Notes under the pieces: generated by a model
Seen by the model: the letters and a program-made list of their open reading frames with translations, nothing else
Told to the model about the DNA's origin: nothing
The model's database searches: none
In this document: positions 55,882 through 64,000 of the stretch, one piece after another
Layout: every line of letters starts with the position of its first letter
How positions within the stretch are numbered: position 1 is the stretch's first letter
Made by a program: the position numbers and the translations under genes
Source of the DNA: an uncultured Clostridia bacterium
Lineage (GTDB): Bacteria > Bacillota > Clostridia > Christensenellales > CAG-917
Length of the DNA stretch: 64,000 bases
Reading direction: 5' to 3'
NCBI GenBank assembly: GCA_944358385.1
Contig: CALVQW010000011.1
Coordinates: 237 to 64,236 of the forward strand

Positions 55882-58044
55882 ATGAAGAAAAAAGTTTTGT
55901 ATGTTATGGCATTGGTGTGCATTCTCGCTCTCGGAGCGTGTCTGCTCGCCGCGTGCAACCAAGAGCAAACCCCCACGGTGACGAACGCCATCATCAACGA
56001 TGCGGGCGAGCTTGTCCTCATCTATTCCGACGGTTCGGCACAGAACCTCGGCGTGATCACTGGCGCACAAGGCCCGCAGGGTGACCAAGGCGAACAGGGT
56101 GAACAGGGTGAGCAAGGCATACAGGGCGAACAGGGCGTGAGCATCACGGGTGCCGAGATCAACGAAAAGGGTGAACTCATCCTCTCCTACTCCGACGGCA
56201 GGACGCAGAACCTCGGCGTCGTCACGGGTGCGCAAGGCCCGCAGGGCGACAAAGGAGAACAAGGCGACAAGGGCGACCAAGGAGAACAGGGAGATCAAGG
56301 CGAACAAGGCATACAGGGCGTGAGCGTCACGGGTGCCGAGATCAACGAAAAGGGTGAACTCATCCTCTCCTACTCCGACGGCAGGACGCAGAACCTCGGC
56401 GTCGTCACGGGTGCGCAAGGCCCGCAGGGCGACAAAGGAGAGCAAGGAGAACAGGGTGAGCAAGGTGAACAGGGTGAGCAAGGAGAACAAGGCAAGCCCG
56501 GACTCGGCATCACCGAGATCCGCGTGGACGGCACCTTCCTTGTGATAGAGTTCTCGGACGGCACCTTTACCCGCGTGGATCTGACGCCCGCGCTCACGGC
56601 AAGCACGCTGACCTATGAAACTCTCTCCGATGGCAGCATCTCGATCACGGGTGTTGCCGGCGACATGCAAACGGTGGTCATTCCCTCGGCATACCTCGGC
56701 AAACCCGTCACAGAGATCGCGGACGGAGCTTTCCAAGACAACACCGACATCATCTCCGTCACCATCGCGGAGGGCGTGGAGCGCATAGGGGAAAACGCAT
56801 TCTCCGGCTGCACGTCGCTTGCGACGGTGACCATCCCGAACAGCATCGAGCAAAACGGCACGGCAAACATCGCAAGCACCGCTTTCAACGGCGCGTCCGA
56901 CATCACAAGTGCCACCTTGCCAATCTGCGCGATAGACAGCATCCCTAAAAGCAGCCTTGAAAACCTCGTCCTCACCGCGGGAACGGAGCTTGCCGACGGT
57001 GCTTTGTCGGGATGCTCGGCACTGCGCTCCATCACTCTCCCGGACACGCTGCAAACACTTCACGTCGGAGCAATAGAGGAGTGTCCTTCCCTCACTCGCT
57101 TTTGTGTGGACACATTGGAAGATTGGCTGAATGTCGAAATCACGGGATTTAACACCATGAAGCCTCCAATTCTTCCGCAGCATGACCTGGTCGTGGGAGG
57201 GGAAGTCGTCACCGACCTCGTCATTCCGGAGGGTGTGACCGAGATAGGGCAAGGACTATTCGCATTCAGCACAATCAGCACCGCGACCATCGCCGCGGAT
57301 GTGGAGACCGTTGGACTAGGTGCATTCATTTGTTGCTATTCTCTAAACTCTGTCACTATCGGAAGCAAAGTTACCACAATAGGTGATTATGCGTTCCAGT
57401 TCGACGAAGCCATCAAAGAGGTTCACATCACCGATATAAACTCTTGGCTTAACATAGATTTCGGTTCCTCCGACAGCAACCCGTGTTATTACGGCGGCAG
57501 CCTGTTCATTGACGACAAGCCCGTCACAGACCTCATCATCCCCGACGGCATCACACAGGTTGAAACCCACCACTTTATCGGCTTCAACGATGTTACGTCC
57601 CTCACCGTACCGGCAAGTCTCACAAGCATATCAAATGATGCCGGAGTCTGGTTCAATGACTTGCGGGAATTGCATGTCGGAAGCATAGTGTCGTGGCTCA
57701 AATTGAGCGGCATCGGTGTTGTCTCCGGGACGCCTTATGACCTCTATGTCGGAGATGAGATCGTACAAAATCTCGTCATTCCGGAGGGAGTCACGAGCAT
57801 AAGAACGGGCGCATTCGCATACTGCCGTAGCATCACATCCGTCGACATCCCGGCGAGTGTGACCGAGATAGGGAAAGGAGCCTTCTCCGAGTGCAACAGC
57901 CTGACATCTGCTAAATTCGAGGAGACGGAAGGCTGGTCTTCTCTTTATCCGGAGATCGACCTGATACAAGTGATGCTCTCCGATCCGACCACCGCCGCCG
58001 AGGTGCTGCTGACCGGTGCTTGGCTGCATCGCTCCGCCGAGTGA
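55882..58044 (+). CDS. Lipoprotein with interrupted collagen-like (G-X-Y) segments and C-terminal BspA-type leucine-rich repeats
   Basis: Start at [25 protein letters not shown] (lipobox LAAC). Three G-X-Y runs (GAQGPQGD[QK]GEQG...). The C-terminal half has repeated ...IP..VT.IG..AF..C..L.. units typical of LRR_5/BspA. Confidence 0.8.
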   Translation: MKKKVLYVMALVCILALGACLLAACNQEQTPTVTNAIINDAGELVLIYSDGSAQNLGVITGAQGPQGDQGEQGEQGEQGIQGEQGVSITGAEINEKGELILSYSDGRTQNLGVVTGAQGPQGDKGEQGDKGDQGEQGDQGEQGIQGVSVTGAEINEKGELILSYSDGRTQNLGVVTGAQGPQGDKGEQGEQGEQGEQGEQGEQGKPGLGITEIRVDGTFLVIEFSDGTFTRVDLTPALTASTLTYETLSDGSISITGVAGDMQTVVIPSAYLGKPVTEIADGAFQDNTDIISVTIAEGVERIGENAFSGCTSLATVTIPNSIEQNGTANIASTAFNGASDITSATLPICAIDSIPKSSLENLVLTAGTELADGALSGCSALRSITLPDTLQTLHVGAIEECPSLTRFCVDTLEDWLNVEITGFNTMKPPILPQHDLVVGGEVVTDLVIPEGVTEIGQGLFAFSTISTATIAADVETVGLGAFICCYSLNSVTIGSKVTTIGDYAFQFDEAIKEVHITDINSWLNIDFGSSDSNPCYYGGSLFIDDKPVTDLIIPDGITQVETHHFIGFNDVTSLTVPASLTSISNDAGVWFNDLRELHVGSIVSWLKLSGIGVVSGTPYDLYVGDEIVQNLVIPEGVTSIRTGAFAYCRSITSVDIPASVTEIGKGAFSECNSLTSAKFEETEGWSSLYPEIDLIQVMLSDPTTAAEVLLTGAWLHRSAE
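55987..56508 (+). repeat. Tandem coding repeats (147 + 183 + ~190 bp) encoding [I-N-x-x-G-E-L-(I/V)-L-x-Y-S-D-G-x-x-Q-N-L-G-V + G-X-Y run]
   Basis: Units start at 55987, 56134 and 56317. About 114 bp (56146-56259 versus 56329-56442) look identical by eye. Confidence 0.8.
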
Positions 58045-58097
58045 CGCATTTTGCCGCCGCGGGGGCGGAATAATAGGCGGGGCTTTCGGGCAGACTA

Positions 58098-58125
58098 ATG
58101 CGGGGACGTGTTCCCCGCATTTTTC
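58098..58125 (+). terminator. Rho-independent terminator after the collagen-like gene
   Basis: atgcgggga-cgtgt-tccccgcat followed by TTTT, just upstream of the next gene's AAGGAG SD. Confidence 0.65.
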
Positions 58126-58143
58126 GTAAAGGAGACTACGCTT

Positions 58144-59394
58144 ATGTCATTCGATCCGTTCAAGCAAAAAGTCAAGCCCGTGGAAGAGGGCTTCGAGAGC
58201 TGGAAGGAACTCTTTGTCAAGCCGTACGACAAAAATTCCGCCGACCCGTACACCAAACTCCGCATCATCCTGATGAACGGCACGGAGTTTGAGGCGAATT
58301 GGTTTTCGCATCAATTCTCGCGGCATTGCAACATCGGGGACTTGCGGAGGGAGATCGCGCTCGTGCGCCGCGTGGAACAGCAGCAGCAAAAGAAACTTGC
58401 CGCGCTGAAACCCGTGGACGAGAGCATCCTGGAGACCACCATAGGCTATGAACAGCTCGCGGTGGAACTCACCGCCAATCTCGCGCGGCGGGAGAAGGAC
58501 CCTTACGTCAAGATGACGCTGGATTTCGCGCTGCTTGAGGACTTCGACCATCTCTACCGCTTTTCCAACATGCTCATGCACGACATGAACGTCGATGCGT
58601 CACGCCTTGTCGGCAAGCGCACGGAGATCACCCCGGGACGTCCCACCGTTGCTGAACACCGCTACCCCGCCGACGACGTGCGTCGCGCCTGTGATTTCAA
58701 GCGTTCCGACCCCGTCACCCGCCTGAATGCCGCCATCATCACCGCCGCCGAGCAGCAGACCATGAACTTCTATATGAACGTGGGCAACACCTATCCCACC
58801 GAGGAGGGCAAACGCCTCTTCCTGGAGATCGCCATGATAGAGGAACAGCACGTCACGCAATACGGCTGTCTGATGGACACGGACTGCACCTGGCTCGCGG
58901 GGTTGCTGGAACACGAGTATGCGGAGTGCTACCTCTATTACAGTTGCGCGATGGACGAGACGGACTCGCGCATAAAGCGGATCTGGGAAGCCCTGCTGGA
59001 ACAGGAACTCGCGCACCTGCACAAGGCGGCGGAACTTTTGGAAAAATACGAAAAACGGGACTACACTTCCGTGCTGCCTCATCCCGCCTTCCCCGCTCCC
59101 CTCACCTTCGGCAAGGACAACATCGACTACATCCGCGGCGTGCTCGGTGACACCGTGCGCATGACCTCCAAAAAAGAGGATTATGTGGACGTAGCCTCTC
59201 TCGGCAAGGAGGACATATTCTTCACCCACAACAAACGCGTCAACGGCAAAGCCTCCGACGAACCCGCCCACGCCGTCATTGAACGCTACCTCTCCGCCCA
59301 CGGCGAGGACTTCCGCTTCGAGACCGCGCCCAACCCCGTCCCCGAACTCGCCTGCCGCACCCGCGACAACACCACCGTAGGCCTCGGAGGATAA
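58144..59394 (+). CDS. Ferritin-like / rubrerythrin-like di-iron domain protein (hypothetical)
   Basis: Start at MSFDPF (ATG 58144), with AAGGAG SD. Has ExxH-type helix motifs (IEEQH, EQELAHLH) plus EFEANW and LEDFDH helices. Confidence 0.4.
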   Translation: MSFDPFKQKVKPVEEGFESWKELFVKPYDKNSADPYTKLRIILMNGTEFEANWFSHQFSRHCNIGDLRREIALVRRVEQQQQKKLAALKPVDESILETTIGYEQLAVELTANLARREKDPYVKMTLDFALLEDFDHLYRFSNMLMHDMNVDASRLVGKRTEITPGRPTVAEHRYPADDVRRACDFKRSDPVTRLNAAIITAAEQQTMNFYMNVGNTYPTEEGKRLFLEIAMIEEQHVTQYGCLMDTDCTWLAGLLEHEYAECYLYYSCAMDETDSRIKRIWEALLEQELAHLHKAAELLEKYEKRDYTSVLPHPAFPAPLTFGKDNIDYIRGVLGDTVRMTSKKEDYVDVASLGKEDIFFTHNKRVNGKASDEPAHAVIERYLSAHGEDFRFETAPNPVPELACRTRDNTTVGLGG

Positions 59395-59454
59395 TTCCCG
59401 ATGGGGAATTCCCCGCAGGATGGCAGGGGCGGCACACATTTAACGTTCCCGCCC

Positions 59455-59503
59455 TAAAAAGCACAGTGAACAGCCGAAACGGCTGTTCACTGTGCTAAAA
59501 AAG
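59455..59503 (-). terminator. Rho-independent terminator after phoU
   Basis: Perfect 17-bp stem agcacagtgaacagccg/cggctgttcactgtgct (59460-59496), flanked by A-runs on the plus strand (U-runs on the minus transcript). Confidence 0.65.
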
Positions 59504-59558
59504 AGAGATAAACATCGGACAGCGCGATATCGCGCCTCCGTAAGAGATAAAAGCGAGA

Positions 59559-60185
59559 TCAGCTTTCCTTGCCTTGGGCAAAGACGATCCACTCCGCAAC
59601 ATTGACGGCGTGATCGCCGACGCGTTCGAGGTATTTTGCGGTCATGAGCATATCCATCGCGCACTCTCCGTCCTCGTCTTTTTCGTCCACCATGCCCGCG
59701 AGTTCGCGTCTGACGGCGACGAAAAGTCCGTCCACCACATCATCGGCGCGGCGGATGGTGCGCGCTTCGTCGAGAGAGAAGGTGTCGAGGGCTGCGGCGC
59801 ACCTTTCCACCATTTCGCGGGCGGCAGCCATCATCGCACCGAGACTTTTGGGGACGGCGCAGGAGACCGCGCCTTTCAGGATGTCCGCGATGTCCGCCGC
59901 CTGATCGGTGATGCGTTCGAGGTCCGTGACCATCTTGACCGCGGAGGTGACAAGGGCGAGATCGTGGGCTACGGGCTGTTGGCGCACTATGATGCGCATG
60001 CACAGCCGTTCTATCTCGCGCTCTTTCTCGTCCGCCGCTCTCTCGCAGACGCGGACGGGGGCGGAGACATCCTCGCGGGAGATCAATGCCCTCTCGATGA
60101 GACGCATCGCCTCGGCATCCACCTCACACATTTCCTTCAACATACCCCTGACTTGCAGAAGCTGCTCATCAAACAGTTTGCGCAT
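59559..60185 (-). CDS. phoU: Phosphate signalling complex protein PhoU
   Basis: Start at [13 protein letters not shown] (ATG 60183-60185), overlapping the pstB stop as ATGA. Two PhoU repeats (...DLERITDQAADIA..., ...YLERVGDHAVNVAEW). Confidence 0.9.
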   Translation of the reverse strand: MRKLFDEQLLQVRGMLKEMCEVDAEAMRLIERALISREDVSAPVRVCERAADEKEREIERLCMRIIVRQQPVAHDLALVTSAVKMVTDLERITDQAADIADILKGAVSCAVPKSLGAMMAAAREMVERCAAALDTFSLDEARTIRRADDVVDGLFVAVRRELAGMVDEKDEDGECAMDMLMTAKYLERVGDHAVNVAEWIVFAQGKES

Positions 60186-60988
60186 CAACCGAACCTCCCC
60201 GTGATGTAGTCCTCCGTTCGCTTGTCGCGCGGAGAGTCGAACACCTCGTCCGTACCGCCGAACTCGATGAGTTCGCCCAGGAGAAAGAACCCGGTCTTGT
60301 CCGAGATCCTCGCCGCCTGCTGCATATTGTGGGTGACTATGACGATGGTGTAATCCTTTTTCAGTTCCTGCGCAAGCTCCTCGATCTTGCCGGTGGAGAT
60401 GGGATCGAGCGCGGAAGTCGGCTCGTCCATCAAAAGGACGTCGGGCTTTACCGCAAGGGCGCGGGCTATGCACAGTCTCTGTTGCTGCCCGCCCGAAAGT
60501 CCCAGCGCGCTCTTTTTGAGGCGGTCTTTGAGTTCGTCCCAGATGGCTGCCCTGCGGAGTGAACTTTCGACGATGTCGTCAAGCTCCGACTTCTTTCTCA
60601 CGCCGTGCGTCTTCGGGCCGTAAGCGATGTTGTCGTAGACGCTTGCGGGGAAGGGGTTGGGCTTTTGGAACACCATCCCCACGCGCTTGCGCAACAGATT
60701 GACATCCATCCCGCCGGCATAGATGTCCGCACCGTCCAGCTCCACCCTGCCCGAGACGCGACAGCCGGGGATGATGTCGTTCATGCGGTCGAGCGTTTTG
60801 AGAAATGTGGACTTGCCGCAGCCGGAGGGACCTATGAGCGCGGTGATCTCATTCTTCTCGATGTCCATATCCACGCTCTTCAACGCCTGAAAAGTGCCGT
60901 AAAAGAGGTCGAGATCGCGCACACGGAATTTGGGAGGTTCCGCGTCCCCTCTGATGTAAACGTTTTGTCTGAGTTCCGGTCTTATCAT
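60185..60988 (-). CDS. pstB: Phosphate ABC transporter ATP-binding protein PstB
   Basis: Start at MIRPEL (ATG 60986-60988, ATGA overlap with the pstA stop). Walker [10 protein letters not shown], signature LSGGQQQR, Walker [12 protein letters not shown]. Confidence 0.95.
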   Translation of the reverse strand: MIRPELRQNVYIRGDAEPPKFRVRDLDLFYGTFQALKSVDMDIEKNEITALIGPSGCGKSTFLKTLDRMNDIIPGCRVSGRVELDGADIYAGGMDVNLLRKRVGMVFQKPNPFPASVYDNIAYGPKTHGVRKKSELDDIVESSLRRAAIWDELKDRLKKSALGLSGGQQQRLCIARALAVKPDVLLMDEPTSALDPISTGKIEELAQELKKDYTIVIVTHNMQQAARISDKTGFFLLGELIEFGGTDEVFDSPRDKRTEDYITGRFG

Positions 60989-61923
60989 CAATACCTCTTT
61001 CTGAATTTGTTGGATATGAACTCCGCCGCGCCGTTGATGACGAGCACGAGGAGGATGAGCACGATGGCTGTCGCCCACGCTTCGTCCACGTGCAACCCTT
61101 CGCTTGACAGGGTGTACATATGGATGGCGAGCGTCTCGCCGCTGCCGAACAGACTGTCCGGCACCGCTTTCACCGTACCCGAAGTGTAGATGAGTGCCGC
61201 GGTCTCCCCCACCACTCTGCCCAGCGCGAGTATGACGCCCGCAATGATCCCGGGCATGGCGGAGGGCAGTACGACGCGGAAAACGGTGCGCAGTTTGCCC
61301 GCGCCGAGCGCGAACGAACCTTCGCGGAAGGAATCGGGAACCGCGCGCAAAGCCTCCTCCGTCGTGCGCATGACGAGGGGGAGGATCATGATCGCCATCG
61401 TGAGTATGCCCGCTATGAGGCTGAACCCTTTGAAGAGCATCTCCACAAAGAGGATCATGCCGAAGATGCCGTACACAATGGAAGGTATGCCCGCAAGAGT
61501 CTCCGCCGCCATCCTTACCACGGCAACGAATTTGTTGGCGGAGGAGGTGTATTCCGTGAGGAATATCGCCGCCGCGACGCCGACGGGCACGGCAATGAGC
61601 AGGGACATCCCCGCGATGATGAGAGTGTTGAAAAACGCGGGCATGAGCGACAGGTTCTCGCTGTCATACTCAAGCTCGAAAAGCGACGCTTTGAGGTTGG
61701 GCGCGCCTTGCATGATGACGTGGATGACGATCCACAGCACGATCGCCGCCGTGACGAGAGCGGACAGCATTACCAGCACCATCATGACGAGAGAAAAAGG
61801 ATGCCGCTTGTATTCCGCGAGTTTTTTCCGGAGAGAGGGCTTGTTGACGAAAGGCCTGCCCTTCAGATCGCAGGAAGGCAAAGGAGCGAATTTTTGTTTG
61901 AGAAGAGCCGCCGCGCTTTTCAT
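60988..61923 (-). CDS. pstA: Phosphate ABC transporter permease PstA
   Basis: 311 aa, polytopic. EAA-like loop ...[20 protein letters not shown]... Position in the pstSCAB order. Confidence 0.9.
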   Translation of the reverse strand: MKSAAALLKQKFAPLPSCDLKGRPFVNKPSLRKKLAEYKRHPFSLVMMVLVMLSALVTAAIVLWIVIHVIMQGAPNLKASLFELEYDSENLSLMPAFFNTLIIAGMSLLIAVPVGVAAAIFLTEYTSSANKFVAVVRMAAETLAGIPSIVYGIFGMILFVEMLFKGFSLIAGILTMAIMILPLVMRTTEEALRAVPDSFREGSFALGAGKLRTVFRVVLPSAMPGIIAGVILALGRVVGETAALIYTSGTVKAVPDSLFGSGETLAIHMYTLSSEGLHVDEAWATAIVLILLVLVINGAAEFISNKFRKRY

Positions 61924-62843
61924 TTCACCCTCCCTTTCCTGCGGATCGCCGCGATGAGCAGATTGATGAGTAGGATGAATACGAAAAGCACCGCCGCCGT
62001 AGCGATGAGCGCGCCCCGGTGAAGGTCCGTCGCATAGCCAAGCTCCAACACGATGTGCGAAGTCATGGTGCGCACGCCGTCGAGCAGACTGTCCGGGATC
62101 GCGGTGCTGTTGCCGACGATCATTACCACAGCCATCGTCTCGCCGACCACTCTCCCCAACCCCAGCACCACGGAGGTCAGGATGCCCGACCTGGCTGCGG
62201 GGAACTCCGTCATGAACACGGCACGTTCGTGCGTCGCGCCCAGCGCGAGCGCACCTTCGTAATAGGTGTTCGGCAGCGCGCGCAACGCGGACTCCGACAC
62301 GCCGATGACGGTGGGCAGGATCATGATGCCCAACACTATGGACGCGGTGAGGATGCTATACCCCGTGCCGCCGAAATTGTCGCGGATGATGGGAGCGATG
62401 ACCATCATGCCGAAATAGCCGTACACGATGGACGGGATGCCCGCAAGGATGTTGGTCATGGGTTTCATCACTTTGTAGAGGGGCTTGGGGCAATACCTTG
62501 CCATGAACGCCGCCATGAGCAGTCCGACGGGGACTCCGATTACGAGCGCGCCCGCCGTGACGAAACACGTGCCAACGATCATCGTGCCTATGCCGTAACT
62601 CGCCGGGGTGTTATTCGGCGTCCACTCGGTGGAGAACAGAAACTCGAACAGCCCTATCTCCCCTATCGCGGGGACAGCCCTTGCGAAAATGAAGGCGCAG
62701 ATCACGATGACGCACAAGATGAAGACCGCCGCCGTGACGGCGAACGCGACCTTCATCGCAGTCTCTTTGAAAGCCGAAAATGTCATCTCTCTCTTTCGTG
62801 CCGTCGCCGCGGGAGAGAAAGCCATCTCCCGCGGTTTCGACAA
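61920..62843 (-). CDS. pstC: Phosphate ABC transporter permease PstC
   Basis: Polytopic. ...YEGALALGATHERAVFMTEFPAA... 4-nt overlap with pstA. The true start is uncertain: in-frame Met codons occur at 62843, 62825, 62786 and 62756, none with a strong SD. Confidence 0.85.
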   Translation of the reverse strand: MSKPREMAFSPAATARKREMTFSAFKETAMKVAFAVTAAVFILCVIVICAFIFARAVPAIGEIGLFEFLFSTEWTPNNTPASYGIGTMIVGTCFVTAGALVIGVPVGLLMAAFMARYCPKPLYKVMKPMTNILAGIPSIVYGYFGMMVIAPIIRDNFGGTGYSILTASIVLGIMILPTVIGVSESALRALPNTYYEGALALGATHERAVFMTEFPAARSGILTSVVLGLGRVVGETMAVVMIVGNSTAIPDSLLDGVRTMTSHIVLELGYATDLHRGALIATAAVLFVFILLINLLIAAIRRKGRVK

Positions 62844-62893
62844 AATACGGTGTTTTTATAAGCTTTTTAGAACTTAAACTCTATGTTCATCAA

Positions 62894-63778
62894 TTATGCA
62901 AGGGCGGACCACTCGCGCACCTCGCCGGTGAAGATCTGACGGATCTGCTCCATCGAAAGGTCCTCGACAGCGTTGTCGTTGTGGATGATGACCGCGATGC
63001 CGTCATAGGCGAGCACTTCTGCGGTGATGCCCTGCGCAAGCTCGGAGTCTTTGACATCCCTGGACGCCATGCCGATGTCGAAGGTGCCGTTTATGGCGTT
63101 GTTCATGCCCGCGGTGGAGTCGATGGTCTGCAGCTCGATGCTGTTCTTGGCGACGCCGGAGAGTTCGCAATATTTCTCAATGAGCTTCTCCATGAGCGGG
63201 CTGACGGAAGAGGAACCGCCGATGGTGATGCTGCCCGTGAGGTCGGAGCCTTTCACATAGGCGGGAGCATTGTCGTCGGTGGCGATGTACTTCTCCGCGG
63301 CGATGACTTCCTGTGCCTCGGCAGAACCGAGGAAGTTGAGGAAGTCGGCAGCCAAGGGGTTGCTGTCGATGTTCGCCTGCTTGTAAGCGATGTTGAAGGG
63401 ACGCTGCAACTCATAGCTCTTGTCCTTGATGGTGTCCACGGAAGGAGCGACTCCGTTCACGGCGACTGCCTTGACGGTTTCGTTCAGCGAGCCGAAGGAG
63501 ACATAACCGATGGCGTTTTTGTCCTGCGCGACCGCGGTCATTATGGCGTTGGTGGAGTTCTGAATGCTTGCGCCGGAGAAGGTCATATCCTTCTCGGTGC
63601 CGTCCTCGCCCTCGACCAACACGCCGGTAAGCTCGGTGAACGCGGAGCGCGTGCCGGAGCCGTCCTCGCGCGAAAAGACGTTGATGGTGTCACCCGCGCC
63701 CTTGTTGCACCCGACCGCCGCAAATGCGACCGCGCCGAGCAGCATCATACAAATGACTATCGTCCAAAATTTCTTCAT
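62894..63778 (-). CDS. pstS: Phosphate-binding lipoprotein PstS
   Basis: Start trimmed to MKKFWTIVICMMLLGAVAFAAVGC (lipobox AVGC), with GGGAGG SD. SREDGSGTRSAF is the PstS/PBP phosphate-binding motif. Confidence 0.9.
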   Translation of the reverse strand: MKKFWTIVICMMLLGAVAFAAVGCNKGAGDTINVFSREDGSGTRSAFTELTGVLVEGEDGTEKDMTFSGASIQNSTNAIMTAVAQDKNAIGYVSFGSLNETVKAVAVNGVAPSVDTIKDKSYELQRPFNIAYKQANIDSNPLAADFLNFLGSAEAQEVIAAEKYIATDDNAPAYVKGSDLTGSITIGGSSSVSPLMEKLIEKYCELSGVAKNSIELQTIDSTAGMNNAINGTFDIGMASRDVKDSELAQGITAEVLAYDGIAVIIHNDNAVEDLSMEQIRQIFTGEVREWSALA

Positions 63779-64000
63779 TTCTTTTTCCTCCCGGTCCTCG
63801 CTGCTCGCCGTCGCAAGCCGATCCGACCGCAACTTCAACCTAACAGCAAATTGTCTTTTATTTTCCCCGATTTCTTCACAAAAATGTCATTGACAAGTTT
63901 TTTACACCCTGCGGGAAAATCCCCTTCTCTGCCGGGGTAAGCGTCCCCGCTCACGACGTACACTCTTTCGGAGACGGAACTACGCGCCGCAAAGCCAAAC

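Noticed and set aside
53120-57252. Minus-strand ORFs 53120..55117 (665 aa) and 55810..57252 (480 aa)
   Set aside because: They are antisense shadows of the membrane protein and acyltransferase paralogue 2, and of the collagen-like gene. The G-X-Y repeat reads as an L/F/S/A-rich repeat in antisense.
59559-60473. N-terminal extensions of track ORFs: phoU as 304 aa, and also 5903..7252, 38111..38959, 40039..41616, 48446..49807, 49832..50809, 51604..52242 and 62894..63838
   Set aside because: In each case an internal ATG has a GGAGG-type SD or an ATGA overlap with the upstream gene, and the family-typical N-terminus begins there. The upstream extensions are off-context sequence that overlaps neighbouring genes or promoters.
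63875-63906. Possible PhoP (Pho box) repeats TTCACA...TTTACA upstream of pstS
   Set aside because: Only two TT[ACT]ACA-like hexamers are present, 26 bp apart rather than the ~11-bp phased direct repeats expected. The window also ends before the full promoter region. Too weak to call.
1-64000. Mobile element, prophage or genomic island interpretation of the window
   Set aside because: No integrase, transposase, recombinase, phage structural genes, tRNA attachment site or flanking direct repeats were seen. The repeated intergenic elements have no associated coding capacity.

Overview
GC-rich chromosomal segment from a Gram-positive, Clostridia-like bacterium. Supporting evidence: spmA/spmB spore-maturation genes, a metG-tatD-radical SAM-rsmA gene string, and GGAGG-type Shine-Dalgarno sites. 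All calls come from reading the sequence and ORF track; no database search was run. I call 35 protein genes, mostly on the minus strand. (1) 209-7078: housekeeping genes rsmA, a TatD-associated radical SAM gene, tatD, metG, spmA/B and an MFS transporter. (2) 7156-8648: a 1.5-kb gene-free, repeat-laden region. (3) 8649-12784: an XRE-cupin regulator, a DUF1858 protein, an SPFH/zinc-ribbon gene pair and an AEC transporter. (4) 13143-37352: one uninterrupted 24.2-kb gene encoding an 8,069-aa predicted lipoprotein. It is built from about 14 variable-length modules joined by a recurring E-A-V-T-A-A-D-type linker, and I could not place it in any protein family. It takes up 38% of the window and is the main candidate for something new. 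(5) 38111-46679: a hexosamine/glycan-processing neighbourhood with a PIG-L deacetylase, a DUF4380-like protein, a GH20 hexosaminidase, a DUF1624 acetyltransferase-like membrane protein, ApgM and a GH127-like protein. (6) 47570-55426: two paralogous HxxxDG (condensation-domain-like) acyltransferases, each next to a polytopic membrane protein. Between them lie an esterase, an InlB-B-repeat protein and a YgjP-type metallopeptidase. (7) 55882-58044: a collagen-like/BspA-LRR lipoprotein with 183-bp tandem repeats. (8) 58144-59394 is a ferritin-like protein, followed by phoU-pstBACS at 59559-63778. No rRNA, tRNA, CRISPR array, integrase or transposase was seen. A 200-300 bp intergenic element occurs three times. 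Several sigma-A-type promoters (including two possible leaderless transcripts) and rho-independent terminators can be read directly. The many very long ORFs on the opposite strand are antisense shadows produced by codon bias.
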